The notes: generated by a model from the sequence alone, not told the origin. A stretch of DNA of 64,000 nt from an uncultured virus (IMG/VR IMGVR_UViG_3300028591_000177) (IMGVR_UViG_3300028591_000177); one strand, 5' to 3'. Numbered from the stretch's first letter, positions 43,262-55,945 are shown. Made by a program: numbers and translations.

Positions 43262-44449
43262 ATGCGAGATATAAATGCTATACTCAATACTTCAGAATAT
43301 GAGTTTATACACACAGAACCACGACTTAAAGATAAAATAGCATTACTTACTTTTGGTGGCAGTATTGCGTATGGTTTAGATACACCTGAATCCGATATAG
43401 ATATTAGGGGTATTGTAATGCCGTCTGTCTCGGACTTACTTGGTGTGGGTTACTTGTATAATGACGAGGAAAAATCAAATAAACGTCTTATATTTGGCAA
43501 AGAAGGTTTTGAGCAAGTAACAGATATACCTACAGACACTACTATATATGCTCTGAATAAGATTATAGGCTTGTTATACAAGTCCAATCCTAATACTATT
43601 GAGATATTAGGTGGACACCCAGATTCTTACACAATGGTTTCTAAATATGGACAAATGCTTTTGGATAATAAGGAAATATTCCTTTCCAAATTAGCATATG
43701 GTTCCTTTGCAGGTTACGCAAGAGCCCAGTTCCAAAGGTTAAAGAACGCAATTGGTAAGGACAGTGGGTCTAATGTATTTCAAGCCATTAATTTAGCCGA
43801 CAGTATAAACAGAATGCAGTCACATCTCGAAAGGGAGTATCCTGAATATCATAGAGATATGGTGAAACTGTATGTAACTGATAGTGACGGTAATCCTATT
43901 ACAGTAAATGGCACCCCTGTAGATGCCTATGACGTAGGTGTATTGTTTAATGATACTGTAACAGAAATAACTGTAAACGGTAAACCAATAACAGATAAGG
44001 AAGTAGAAGTTAGATATAGTGTACACTTCGATAAAATATCTAATAGCACATTCGCAAGTATTTTCAATGAAGTTGTTGGTGGTGTAAAAGAATTTAACAA
44101 GCATCTGAGTCACAGGAATCATAAAAAAGACGATTATCACCTCAATAAGCACGCCATGCACCTTATAAGATTATACCTTATGGCAATAGATATTCTTGAA
44201 CGTGGCGAGATAGTTACTTATAGAGAAAAGGACCGAGATTTCCTCATGTCCATAAAGACGGGTTACTATTATAACAAACAGACTAATACCTTTACAACGG
44301 AGTTTTTCGATATTGTAAGTGATTTTGATAAGAGGATTTTAACAGCATACGAGAATACAAAACTTCCAGAAACACCCGATATTGTTAAAATAAATAAACT
44401 TGTTTATGACATAAATTACGATTACATACAAAGCGGAGGTACTATATGA
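43262..44449 (+). CDS. Pol-beta-superfamily nucleotidyltransferase (RlaP/YcgL-like)
   Basis: GGSIAYGLDTPESDIDIRG, NPNTIEIL, SFAGYA, KHAMHLIRL, TKLPETPD. Confidence 0.85.
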   Translation: MRDINAILNTSEYEFIHTEPRLKDKIALLTFGGSIAYGLDTPESDIDIRGIVMPSVSDLLGVGYLYNDEEKSNKRLIFGKEGFEQVTDIPTDTTIYALNKIIGLLYKSNPNTIEILGGHPDSYTMVSKYGQMLLDNKEIFLSKLAYGSFAGYARAQFQRLKNAIGKDSGSNVFQAINLADSINRMQSHLEREYPEYHRDMVKLYVTDSDGNPITVNGTPVDAYDVGVLFNDTVTEITVNGKPITDKEVEVRYSVHFDKISNSTFASIFNEVVGGVKEFNKHLSHRNHKKDDYHLNKHAMHLIRLYLMAIDILERGEIVTYREKDRDFLMSIKTGYYYNKQTNTFTTEFFDIVSDFDKRILTAYENTKLPETPDIVKINKLVYDINYDYIQSGGTI

Positions 44450-47400
44450 ATCCTACTTATTATGGAATATTAGGAGATGCCGAAATAACGCCTATCCTAA
44501 CAGACGTAGGCGAAGCATATTTCATATTTCGTGAAAAGGAAACTGACAAAATACACGTAAGGCCTGTAGAATGGTTGAGATTTGACTCACCTACATTTTC
44601 TTACAACACACCATATACTTCTGAGGGGCAATTTTCTATAATCAATTACGAAGGTATAGACGTTTTTAATAATTGCACAGAGTTAATTGCAGAGTATAGG
44701 CAAATACAGAAATATGAGAATCAGATAGAACAGCTTAAAGAGGATTTGAGACGTACAGAAGAGATGCTAGGTAACACAATGTCTCATAATCTATATTTAA
44801 AACATGAGCTTAGTAATTATAGAAAAGAGGAACAGCTTAGAAATTCGGAACTTGCTAAAAAGAAGTTTGCACTTTGGGTAGACGACAATGCTAAATATAC
44901 AAATAACATAATTGTACTTAAAGTAGAGTTGTCTGAAAAGTTTTTTGATACTTCTTATTGGACACAATTGTTTACAGAGGATACTCGTTTCACCTTCCAT
45001 TATTGGGATACACCTAATCGTTCATATAATGGATATGGGTGCAATAATGAGTTTATTATTGTGACAGGTGATTGTATAGTAGATGGTGCTTGGCACTTCA
45101 AATGGTATCAAGATGATATTGTTGAGATTATTGATGGCACAGAAGAACTTATGTACAAAAGACTTAATGAGATTTGGAAACATACTTATGGCACCGACTA
45201 TCCTGTAGCAGGAGGGACACCTAATGCTTGATTATACGAATTGCTGGGGATGCGCCCATTTCAATAACGAAACTAATAAATGTAAAGCTAATGCTGTTAG
45301 ACACTTTCTCGAACTTATGGAGTGTCCGTGGAGAATACCTGCCAGTATGTGCATACCCGAGCAATTATTAGATACGGTTCGTAAAGTAATTCCTTGTACT
45401 ATCGACGGGTGTTCCGTAGGTGTGACAATACATAAATTTAAGCATTATCCAGTAGAAACTAATTTAGAATTGTATTCAGTAGAATTTACAGTTTGTGGTG
45501 TTACACACAATATAGATGTTTTTGTACCTACTACAAACCCTGAAGATAATATTTATTATTTATACAGATTCAAAGATGTAGTTTCAACATTACTGGAGGT
45601 TGTAAAACGTGAAGAAGGAGTATATACAGATACCTCTGACGGAGAATAGGATAAATGCTCAGAAAGAAATTTTATCTGATTTACGTTGTGGAATGCGACT
45701 TCCTAATTATTTTATGGGTTGCCGCATATATCATCTAAGCACTGACGGTAGTCCAGAGTCGGAAGAACTTTGGACACGTATATTTTTTAATGGTGTGTTT
45801 TGGAATAGCGATTATAACTGGCTTGTATCAGAATACTGCTATCTAAATCCATTAACATAGGGGGTACTAATATGCCAGAGGTAGAAGGAATTAATCCAGC
45901 TAATTACACAAACTACCCATTTTTATCCGTACAAAAAACATTGGGTTATTTTGATAAAAATGTAATAAAGAAGGATGATGTGCTTCAAGTAAGACACAAG
46001 AACAAATTATACAAGGTCTTTGTATCATCTGTTACTGACGATACTATATATTTATATAATAATTATGGAGAAGATTATTGTTATCACACGATAAGAATTA
46101 TAGATATTATAAATCATGAAGTAGAGATTGTAACAAACCTACTTACAGGACCTCTTAAATCTGCCAGCATTAAAACTAAATATTGTTGGCAAGTGAAAAA
46201 AGAATGGTTTAATAACACACAATTTTATCTTGTACATATGGCATATCTTAACACACAAGGTGACTGTCGTTGGGTGACTGAATTAGGCAAATTCAATTTT
46301 GAACGTAGTAAGGAAGAAATCTTAGTGTTTACGAATATAACTACTGGTCAGTCTTTTGAGATTGACCTAACTAAAATATATGATATTGCAATAAGTCCTG
46401 TTGAATATTTTCAAATGCCTCCATCCTTAGACACAGGTGGGTTACAGACAGTTTTAAATGATATTGAATTGGAGGAAAGATTATAATGGGTATGTGGTTA
46501 AATAAAATTAAAACGGAGATGTACCAATATAATAATAGGCAATCCAATGATAGACAAAAATGTCAATCTGTATCTGAATATATACTTAAAGAAGTAATTC
46601 CTGCATTTACTATAACTGATTATGGTTACTCTGAATACCGTTCAGATGATTTTGTTTTCATTTCTACCAACACAAGAGTATTTAAAATACAAAGAAAATG
46701 TATACATTCTTACACTAAGGATGATAATGATTGTTTGGACTTACATATAAATAAACATTATTCAGAATTTCTTAACCTAGAAGAAGTTACCGGAATGGAA
46801 TATATTGAGGAGGAAGATTGATATGGAAATTGTAGGCTCAGAAATTATAAAAAGTAAACATTTTACAGGAGATATAATTATCACTGACCCTTGTTATATT
46901 TGTAGGAAAGATTGTGATGACTGGTCTAAATCTGACTATGGAACAGAATTGAACAGACTTGGTATAACGAATTTCATAACTTACGACACTCTATATGGAG
47001 ACTGGAGTTGTCATACTTATAATCGGGATACAAAAGAAGTTCTTGGACAGTTTTGTGCAGATGCTGGTTTGGTTACAGTTTGTTTGCTAGAGGAGGTTCT
47101 TAAATATAACCCAAATTTCGAAAAGGAATATATAAAAGAACGTCCTTGGTGTGTTACTGTAATTAAAAACTTTAATGGTGATGTTTTGTTTATACAGAGA
47201 CACTTGAAATACGAACATGAAGATGATTACATTCGTGATGATGGAACTGTTGTCTGGAAAAAGGGAGATGTTGACGAAGATGTTGAACTTGTGGTTGTGG
47301 GTGAAGGTAACATAAACTTCATCGGACAGCAAACAAGTTTATAAATAAACTATCTAAGTATATGGAGGTAAACCACAATGACGCATTATTATGTTATTTC

Positions 47401-47620
47401 CAAAGAACCTGGTAAGGAAGTGAGTATTTATTCGTTCACACCCACGGAAGCCATGATTCAGAAATTAGCAGACAAACCGATATTTACTGGTCGAAAGGAA
47501 GATAGTAAATTTCCGGTGTTTGTAGTGAGAGCTGCCAACAGGTTAGATGCTATGTCTATATATGAGGATTTCATACATATAGCACCTACAAAAAGAGAAC
47601 GACTCAGAGAATCACTTTAA
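44446..47620 (+). CDS. Run of hypothetical genes (44446, 45224, 45609, 45872, 46486, 46823 with IIITDPCY...FCADAGLV, 47378)
   Basis: Abutting ORFs with RBS. Confidence 0.55.
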
Positions 47621-47649
47621 GTTAAACATTTATATGGAGGATTAATACA

Positions 47650-48783
47650 ATGAACAGAAAAGAAGTTAATGAAATTAAAAAGAATTTTACGGACAAAAGT
47701 GGATTCTTTACCATGGATAGAATTCTCACTGGGTTTATAGACGCAGATAAGAATGTACTTTATCACGCCGTGCAACCTTGTGTTACAATGCCTATTGAAT
47801 TTAAGGAAGTGTGTGATATGACACTGATAAAAGTTCTTAGCACACAGGTAGGTAAGAAATTTACCGAATATGAATTTCCTAATTCTGCATATGATATTGG
47901 TCACGTGCAGCCTCTATTATATTCGTTGTTAAATACGGAACTTAAAGACAATGAGGTTTGTATAAAGTTCTTGGAACATATTGCTAATAACATTGTGTAT
48001 ACAGGACCCTTTGCTGTAATTACTGCTTATTGTACATATACGATTCGTAAGAAGAATAAGACAGACGAATTTGACGACTTTGATAATGAAGAGTTGTACA
48101 GATATATACTTACAGCAATTTGCCCAGCGGATACTGGAACAGATGGTTTCGTGTTTGACAAGGAAGATAAAGAAATTCTTAAAAAATTGAACGACGAACT
48201 TATTATTGACAAGGTTCCTACAGATGGATTCCTGTTTCCAGTATTTGACAATAGAAGTTCTGACATTAATCACGTTATGATATACTCAAAGAGTACAAAA
48301 TCTCCAAATATATCCTTAGTAGAGGACGTGCTTGAATGTGAATTTGTAATGTCTCCAGACGTAGAGAAGGAGAGTTTTAGAAGTATTATAAAGTCTGTAG
48401 CAGGTGACGATTTAGATTATACAATGCTCAATACAGTGAATGAAAAAATAAAAGACGTTATTGATGAGAGTAGCAATGATACAGAAGTAACTTTATTAGG
48501 ACCTACTGTGCTTAAAGATATACTCAGAGATACTGGTTTAGACGAAGCAAAAGTAAATTCAGTAGATGCCGTGTATAGACATACTTGCGGAGATTCTATT
48601 ATAACAGCGACCAATGTTGTAGAACATAAGAATACTGTACAGGCACCTGGAATTAAGATTGACATCAGTTCCGGATTCTCCGATAAACTTAGAACAAGTG
48701 TTGTAGATGGACGCAGATGTATTCTTATTGACTTAGATGACCCTACAGTAGAAGTAAACGGACTTCCTATAACACTTCAATGA
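47650..48783 (+). CDS. DUF4317-family protein
   Basis: MNRKEVNEIKK...YILTAICP...PTDGFLFPVFDNRSSD...VDGRRCILI...VEVNG. Confidence 0.75.
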   Translation: MNRKEVNEIKKNFTDKSGFFTMDRILTGFIDADKNVLYHAVQPCVTMPIEFKEVCDMTLIKVLSTQVGKKFTEYEFPNSAYDIGHVQPLLYSLLNTELKDNEVCIKFLEHIANNIVYTGPFAVITAYCTYTIRKKNKTDEFDDFDNEELYRYILTAICPADTGTDGFVFDKEDKEILKKLNDELIIDKVPTDGFLFPVFDNRSSDINHVMIYSKSTKSPNISLVEDVLECEFVMSPDVEKESFRSIIKSVAGDDLDYTMLNTVNEKIKDVIDESSNDTEVTLLGPTVLKDILRDTGLDEAKVNSVDAVYRHTCGDSIITATNVVEHKNTVQAPGIKIDISSGFSDKLRTSVVDGRRCILIDLDDPTVEVNGLPITLQ

Positions 48784-49180
48784 GGACACCCTATGCAGAA
48801 AATGGTTTTGTTTTGCGGAGGTTTCCTGCCAGATGAGAACTTTCAGAAATTTTTGCAAACGTGTGGATATAGCGATGTTGACATAATCGCATCTTGTTAT
48901 CAGGTTGGAAATATTAATTTTGATGAACGCATAATTGCTTATGTGGAGGAACATTCTAATTTTGTTCCATACTACCACAAGGATGCCATAGTGCTTAAAG
49001 GAGCTCCTACACATATTCGTAGAATTGGTTTCTTAGGAACTGCTGTACTTCTAAACGTCGATACAGAAAAAACCTGGACAATTACATATGACCACAATGA
49101 TGATTATCCAATAATCAAATATGTGAAGGTGATTTCATCATACGGTCAAGTTAGATTGATACATGAGGAGATTAGTGACA

Positions 49181-49675
49181 ATGATAATAGCATTGACCGG
49201 TCATAGAGAACAGAGATTAAACCTTCCAGCCGATGTAACAGCTGATAAGTGGTGCGGCATACGTCATTGGATAAGACAAGAGATAATTAATAATAAAGCA
49301 GATGAAGTGTTTTCCGGAATGGCATCAGGTTCTGATATGGCAATGGCATACGAAGCTGCCAGACTGAAAGACGAAGGACATAAGTTGAAACTAACACTTG
49401 TACTACCCTGTCCTGACTATGGTATGAGGACACCAAATTACGAATATGTGTACAGACGTGCTAACAAAATCGTCAATATATACGACCACTGGTTTAAAGG
49501 TTGTGATGAAGGTAGGGACGATTATATGGCAAAGAACTGCGATATCATGTTAGCTATATTTGATGGAAACAAAACTGGAGGAGTTTGGAGTACAATGAAT
49601 AAAGCTCACAACTACAATAAAACAGTAAGATGTTGTCCTCTAAACTTATATCTTTATGGAGAGTTGAACAAATGA
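49181..49675 (+). CDS. SLOG-superfamily (YspA/DUF1273-like) protein
   Basis: IALTGHR...SGMASGSD...RDDYMAKNCD..LAIFDG..GGVWST. Confidence 0.8.
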   Translation: MIIALTGHREQRLNLPADVTADKWCGIRHWIRQEIINNKADEVFSGMASGSDMAMAYEAARLKDEGHKLKLTLVLPCPDYGMRTPNYEYVYRRANKIVNIYDHWFKGCDEGRDDYMAKNCDIMLAIFDGNKTGGVWSTMNKAHNYNKTVRCCPLNLYLYGELNK

Positions 49676-49954
49676 TACGCAGATTTTTTGGTTTATTATG
49701 TGCTGCGGATGCTACTATTCAGAAATCGTATATGACTAAGGACAAGGCTTCGGTATTTATACAAGCAAGCAGGTATGGTTGGACAATTATATACGACGAC
49801 TACACCGTCACATTTAAAGATGAGGATTTGTGTGATGTGGTAAATTTTGAGCATGCTTATAAAGTAGCCGTAGCTACTGTAGGTGAGTTACGATACCTGG
49901 GTGACGGAATACTTACGGAATTCGAATATGATACGCCAAAGGAGGATTAGTTAT

Positions 49955-50914
49955 ATGGTATGCAACATAAAGGATTATCCGGAACAAACGTTGCGTGGTT
50001 TTGTAAAGAATTATTCTTTACCGATTCAGATATATCGGCCAGATTTTATAGAATATTATATAGAGCTGTATAATGAATACTATGATACGAAAAGAAAATA
50101 TCGGGAATTTCAAAATGCCGTGAGCAAATTTGATTCAATAAACATATTTGAAGAATACAAACACAATCTCACAGATACTATAATTCATGAACTTAAATCT
50201 ACAGAAGCTTATAAAAAATTCATTGAAGTACCTACGGAAAATATGTATGAAATATCGCCCAAGGTGTGTGATGTACCTTTTTGCAAAACAGTAAATATCT
50301 ATACACCCGATAATCATAATAAATATTTTATTTCTATTGATTTACGTCGTGCTAACTACCAAGCGCTTAAATTTTATAATTCTGATTTGGTATTCAATAC
50401 ACCTACATATGAACACATATTAGCAAAATTCGGCTGCACATATGAGTATTTCCTGAACTCTAAGAATATTAGACAAGTAATATTTGGTAATCTTGATATG
50501 CCAAGAATTACACGTATAGAAAGGTTTCTTACCCAGAATATACTTAAATATATTGTAGCACATCTCCAATTCAAACCTGAGAATGTGGCAGTTTTCACCA
50601 CAGATGAAATTATTTTGAAGTTACCCGATGATAAATGGTTTGATGATGAAAAGTTAGACAGACTCAAAATACTAATAGAAGATGAATGTTCTGCAAATGT
50701 ACACGTAGAAAACTTTAAACTTAATTACATAGGAAATAAATTTTATGTGAAGGAGCATAAATACGATTTACCCACATTTAAGGGTGGCTCGTCTATCTAC
50801 TTCCCTCAGGCCTATAAACATTATACGAATCAACCCCTGAACGATATGGATTTATGCTTTAGCTACGAGGGACAAATTGCCAGGTTCCTGGAACCCTTAA
50901 AATGGGACAAGTAA
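49955..50914 (+). CDS. Conserved-looking phage protein with polymerase-palm-like acidic motifs
   Basis: FISIDLRRANYQAL...SKNIRQVIFG...TTDEII. Confidence 0.4.
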   Translation: MVCNIKDYPEQTLRGFVKNYSLPIQIYRPDFIEYYIELYNEYYDTKRKYREFQNAVSKFDSINIFEEYKHNLTDTIIHELKSTEAYKKFIEVPTENMYEISPKVCDVPFCKTVNIYTPDNHNKYFISIDLRRANYQALKFYNSDLVFNTPTYEHILAKFGCTYEYFLNSKNIRQVIFGNLDMPRITRIERFLTQNILKYIVAHLQFKPENVAVFTTDEIILKLPDDKWFDDEKLDRLKILIEDECSANVHVENFKLNYIGNKFYVKEHKYDLPTFKGGSSIYFPQAYKHYTNQPLNDMDLCFSYEGQIARFLEPLKWDK

Positions 50915-51748
50915 AGGATAACGATTTATTTTTATCTATATGATTATGGAGGAATTATTTATGAAAACTGACAACATGCATAATATTTTTTACAGAGAAT
51001 TAACAGACAGTGATGTATACGTCGAATGCGAGAATGGTGAAATAGAAGGTAATGGTTCTTTTGCCATTACCACACCTATGTACACAATCTGTGGAGAAAT
51101 ACCTACAAAGGAAGAAGCTAATGATTTAATACCTGATGTAATACGTACATACAATAAACTTATGAGCACTTATGGACCTTTAATTATTTCCATTATTGTA
51201 TATGACCACTATATAGAACGTTTTAACAATTCACAGCCGTGGAAAAATACTATAAATTTGAATACTCCTGAATTATACGAAGCTTACATAAAAGGTATGG
51301 AGTCCTGCATAATTCAGCAAATTCAGATGCATATTAAATGCTTAATGGGATATTCGGCACCTTTAGATTTACCTGATGTATTAGATAATATGCATTGGAA
51401 TAACTTTGATTAATTTTCAATCTTTCTATTGACTACGGCGAAAATATGTGGGGTAAATTTTGTTAAATATAAAATTTTCAAAAACCACTTGACTTTTATA
51501 CTAATATGTTGTATAATATTATTGTAGGGGAGGAGTAATTAACGTAAATATTAAGGAGGTATCTATATGAGAAAGTTTAGAATTATTTATTGGTTCCCCA
51601 ATCAGTCCAGAATGTTCAGCAACCCTCAGGTGCACGACGTAGACACTAATAAGGAACTTAATGATTGCATAAAAACTGCTGTTGAAAATCACTATGACAT
51701 AGAGTACGCCGGACCTATAGAGCTTCCAGAAAATAAGGAGGATTGATT

Positions 51749-52180
51749 ATGAACAACGAGATAAACGCCAAATATTTCGAGCAATTCATATTCGGAGGAG
51801 ACTCCTATTTTACAATGACATCTAAAAAGACTGGTACACATTTCACATTTCATGTATCCTCTACCCAGTTTCCTAATTTATGGTACGTAAACCTTGTAGA
51901 CAACCATTCTTCGGAATATATAGGTTATATTAAGAAGGTGGACGGTGTTTACAGGTGGTTTAAGGGCAGAAGTGGTAAGTATGAGTTGGATAATAAAAAG
52001 GTGTTTGGTCTTATGTGGGTAATAAGACATATGAAGGATGTGGATATTGATACCAAAGTTACTATACAGCACGTTGGCAGATGTTGTAAGTGCGGTAGAA
52101 AACTTACTACTCCTAAGTCCATAGAACTTGGTATGGGTCCGGAATGTGCAAAATCACTTATGGAATTCTTTAAAAGTTGA
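51749..52180 (+). CDS. DUF6011-like zinc-finger protein
   Basis: GRCCKCGRKLTTPKSIELGMGPECA. Confidence 0.7.
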   Translation: MNNEINAKYFEQFIFGGDSYFTMTSKKTGTHFTFHVSSTQFPNLWYVNLVDNHSSEYIGYIKKVDGVYRWFKGRSGKYELDNKKVFGLMWVIRHMKDVDIDTKVTIQHVGRCCKCGRKLTTPKSIELGMGPECAKSLMEFFKS

Positions 52181-52912
52181 AAGAGGTTACATATGACCAT
52201 AGATACCTTATACAATATCAGTTTTACTAAAAATGTAATTGTGCATTGTCCTACATTTGGCGATGCACGATATTTTCTACATATATATTTTTATAATCTA
52301 TATAAGGTACGACCTGACAATACTGAAAATTCTTCTGTAAGACAGAAAGCAGAATCTATCGTAAATTCCATTCTAATGTGCTATAGTAGGGATAAAAGTA
52401 ATACCTGTTATAATATAAAAGAGGGGCAGCTAACACCTATAACACTTACATATATTGAAAAATACGGACTTAATTATCCTTATACATTAATTAAATGTGT
52501 TGATATTAGAAATATTAATGGCTGGGAGTGATACTATGAGTACAAATTATTATATTCTGACTAAAGATAAATCTATAATTGAACGTTATGGGTTAACCTA
52601 TGAATTGACAGATGAACCTGATTGGGGATATTGGGTGCATATTGTTCAGTTGTATAGTGACTATGTACCTTTGTTCCAGGCACATAAGAATGTCAGTTCG
52701 TTACCAACTGTATTCAGTCTCTTACAGGAACCCAATGTAACCGTTTATAATGAGTACCGTAAAGAGGTAGATGGTACACAATTCTGTGACACACTTCGGA
52801 CAATATGTAACGACGATTCTCGTAAAACCAGAACCTGGAATATTCCGAACGATAATTATCTACATTATTTTAAAGACGCTTATGGAAATGAATTTCTCGA
52901 AGGAGATTTTAT

Positions 52913-53902
52913 GTGATGAAATGGTTAACATCTAATCGACTATATTTATATAACCCTAAAATGTCGGAGATAAATAGTACGTCTATTGAGAAATATAGAC
53001 GTATTTTTATAATCACAGATTTATCATATTTAAGAACACACGATAGTAAAAACTGTATTTGGAACATTATTAATAAGGTTAATAATAAAGTTAAATTACG
53101 AATAATATTCATTCGTCCTGATAAAGGAACTAAAAAGATATCTAAACAAGCAAAACACTACATTCGAACCAATTTTAATATAGACGAATTAAGTTCTTTA
53201 TTCAATATAAACGTTCAAATAGAATCTGTAAAAAACTTCTACATAAGAACAGATTCAAATAGTTCAAATGTATTTAGAATAACTGCTATCCCTAATACAA
53301 CTAAGTCGGATTATATATGTTGTGGAATTAATATGTTCGATGACTCCGTATTACTACGTATATCAGGAACTATTGGGGAATCCATAGTAGATGGTATAGG
53401 AATGCGTTATGTAGTATTCACTCAGGGTTGTCCACATCATTGTGAAGGATGTCATAACTCCCAAACCTGGAATTACGATGGAGGAACATTTGTAACTATA
53501 AACAGTCTATTCAATGATATAATTCAAAATCCAATGTTACAAGGTGTTACATTTAGTGGTGGAGAACCCTTTATGCAACCTTCAGCTATTTCACATTTAA
53601 TACGTAAGTTGGAATATCATTTTACAAGTATTAATAAAAAATTCGATTATACAGCATATACAGGATACACATTAGAACAACTCAAATCGATGTGTCAAAC
53701 CCAAACAAATAAGCAAGGACAAATATACTGCATAAGTGAAATACCTGACTTGCTATACAAATGTAATTACCTTATAGATGGCAGATTTGAATTAAAGAAA
53801 CGTTCTTTGAACTGTAAGTTTAGAGGAAGTACAAATCAAAAAATGTACGAACGAAAAAGAAACAGTATAGAATTCAAAGAAATTTACCCTGTACAAACAT
53901 AA
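52913..53902 (+). CDS. nrdG: Anaerobic ribonucleotide reductase activating protein (radical SAM) with ~140-aa N-terminal extension
   Basis: ESIVDGIGMRYVVFTQGCPHHCEGCHN, GVTFSGGEPF, YTGYT, LIDGRF, FRGSTNQ. Confidence 0.85.
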   Translation: MMKWLTSNRLYLYNPKMSEINSTSIEKYRRIFIITDLSYLRTHDSKNCIWNIINKVNNKVKLRIIFIRPDKGTKKISKQAKHYIRTNFNIDELSSLFNINVQIESVKNFYIRTDSNSSNVFRITAIPNTTKSDYICCGINMFDDSVLLRISGTIGESIVDGIGMRYVVFTQGCPHHCEGCHNSQTWNYDGGTFVTINSLFNDIIQNPMLQGVTFSGGEPFMQPSAISHLIRKLEYHFTSINKKFDYTAYTGYTLEQLKSMCQTQTNKQGQIYCISEIPDLLYKCNYLIDGRFELKKRSLNCKFRGSTNQKMYERKRNSIEFKEIYPVQT

Positions 53903-53923
53903 AATAACAAATTAAATACAATT

Positions 53924-53997
53924 AAGTGGTTAAACCATGTACAATACAAAACAAGTAATTATATAAACTTGTTTTGTAACGGGTTTAACCATTTTTT
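53924..53997 (+). terminator. Long bipartite hairpin with TATAAAC at the loop and T-run
   Basis: AAGTGGTTAAACC/GGTTTAACCATTT and TACAAAACAAGT/ACTTGTTTTGTA. Confidence 0.6.
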
Positions 53998-54015
53998 AGA
54001 AAGGATTGATTATAT

Positions 54016-55861
54016 ATGATTAAACAGTTAACTGAAGGTACTGGTAATGTGTCATTTGATAGAATTGCTAGGTTATGTAATAGATTTGGGTATGTGCTAG
54101 ACGAAGAATCATGTATAAAGGTAATTAATGGAAATAAATATCTTGATGTTTATGTATATGCGGATGGTTCTAATAAATATGCTCCACAAATTTATCCTCC
54201 TGTCCGAGCAGCTGAGCAGAAAATATTAAATTGTCCGAATTTTAAGGCACAGACATCTTCTTATGGAGCATTATTGCCGGAAGAGTATGAACAATTTGCT
54301 GTTGCTGTGGAAAATGCCAATAAGTTAGTGCAATCCTTATCCAACTACGATTTTTCAGGTTTTCCAGAAGTTGTTACGACACATTAAATTAAAGGAGTTG
54401 TTTATTTATGAAAATTATTTATGAATCACCTATGCAATATGATGTAGAGGCTAAAGCAGAAGCTGTTTATAAGAAGTTCGAAGACTTTCTTAATGACTAC
54501 AAAGAGCTTACAACTATGGTAGGTAACTATGAAGCAGCAGGTTCTTTTGACGACACTAACAGCAGAGTAGGAGATATTTTATTCACCATAAGAGAAGAAT
54601 GTGGAGACATTCATCGTCGCACAAATGATTTCTTATACTAATACGATTTTCTGATTTTTCATAGGTTGTTGATGAATATTACTAAAAAGGAGATGTTTAC
54701 TCGTGAAGATAGTGAAAGAATCACCTATGGCATATGATACAACTAAAATACTTAATGAACAGGCCCAGATAACCTGGAATAAATTTAATGAGTTCTATCG
54801 TGAGTTCTCTGAACTTGTTGATACTGTTGAGGAATTTTCTAAGCATGAACAGTTTGACAAAACTGACTTGTGGTGGAGTGTATTAGATAGGATATATAAC
54901 AAATCATCACACAATGTAACAGATACTATTGGTAACTTAGAAGAGAAAGTTTTTGATTGAGGATACTAATTATGAAAATTATACATGAATCACTTACAGT
55001 TGAAGACTATACAGAAGTTCTAAAACGGTTTACTACTGTGCAAGACGAATTAACAGAGATTTTAAATGTCTTGGAAGATGAGTATGTTACTGATATTATT
55101 GATGATGTGGACAAAGAGATTCTAATACCTGGATATGAAGATACTAAAAAACTTCTTGACCGGATAAGAGAATATTTAGATAGGGGTTAATGACTATGGT
55201 AAGAGTAATTAAAGAATCAAATAATGTAAGTTTAGCTGGTTATGCTGTAGTTTACAGAGATATGGCAAGCGGCTATCAACATTTACTTATGTTTGCTACT
55301 AAAGCTGAAGCACTTGATGCTTATAATGAATTAGATGCCCTTAGTGACCAGTTAGATAATGGCGAGATTGATAAAATTGATTATGATTATGCCATTGAAG
55401 ACATAACTAATGCCACCGAGGATATGGCATTTGAAATTGATTTTAGACACGATATTGATGGTAATAATATTTATACAGAGCCTTACGGCACTAATAGAAA
55501 GTGGCAGATTGTAAATCCTGTTGCTGTAGATTTATATGTATATGAATCATTGGCAGAGGGTTGTAAAAAAGTCAGAAAGGGTTGTAAAAAAGCCAGTAAG
55601 AGTGGAGCAAAAATTATAAATGAAACTCCAGAGCTTGTAAAAACTACTATAACAACGGCAAGAAAATTATTCGATGTCGGCGAAACTGTATATATACTTC
55701 CTAATAAGGTACGCCTTGGAAATCCTTGGATACTTCCTTTTGCAGTAAATAAGAACAATTCACAAGGTCATTCACTTGAGAATGTACTGGATTCATATTC
55801 TTATTATAACTGTAATAAAGAAACTGGTAACGGTATAGCTTTTTATAAGGAAGCTAAATAA
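54016..55861 (+). CDS. Five small acidic proteins (54016, 54408, 54703, 54972, 55190) with shared M-K-I-x-x-E-S-type leaders
   Basis: MIKQLTEG, MKIIYES, MKIVKES, MKIIHES, MVRVIKES; 54408 and 54703 are paralogues (ESPM.YD). Confidence 0.65.
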
Positions 55862-55903
55862 GTAACTCATAAGTTACTAAATCTAAATTTACTAAATCCA
55901 CAT

Positions 55904-55945
55904 TAGGCAGATAACTTGTAAAAATTATCTGCCTATTTTTTTTTA
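55904..55945 (+). terminator. Rho-independent terminator
   Basis: TAGGCAGATAA/TTATCTGCCTA plus poly-T. Confidence 0.85.

Noticed and set aside
51428..51460. Additional promoter TTGACT at 51428
   Set aside because: No acceptable -10; likely a decayed copy next to the intact promoter at 51489
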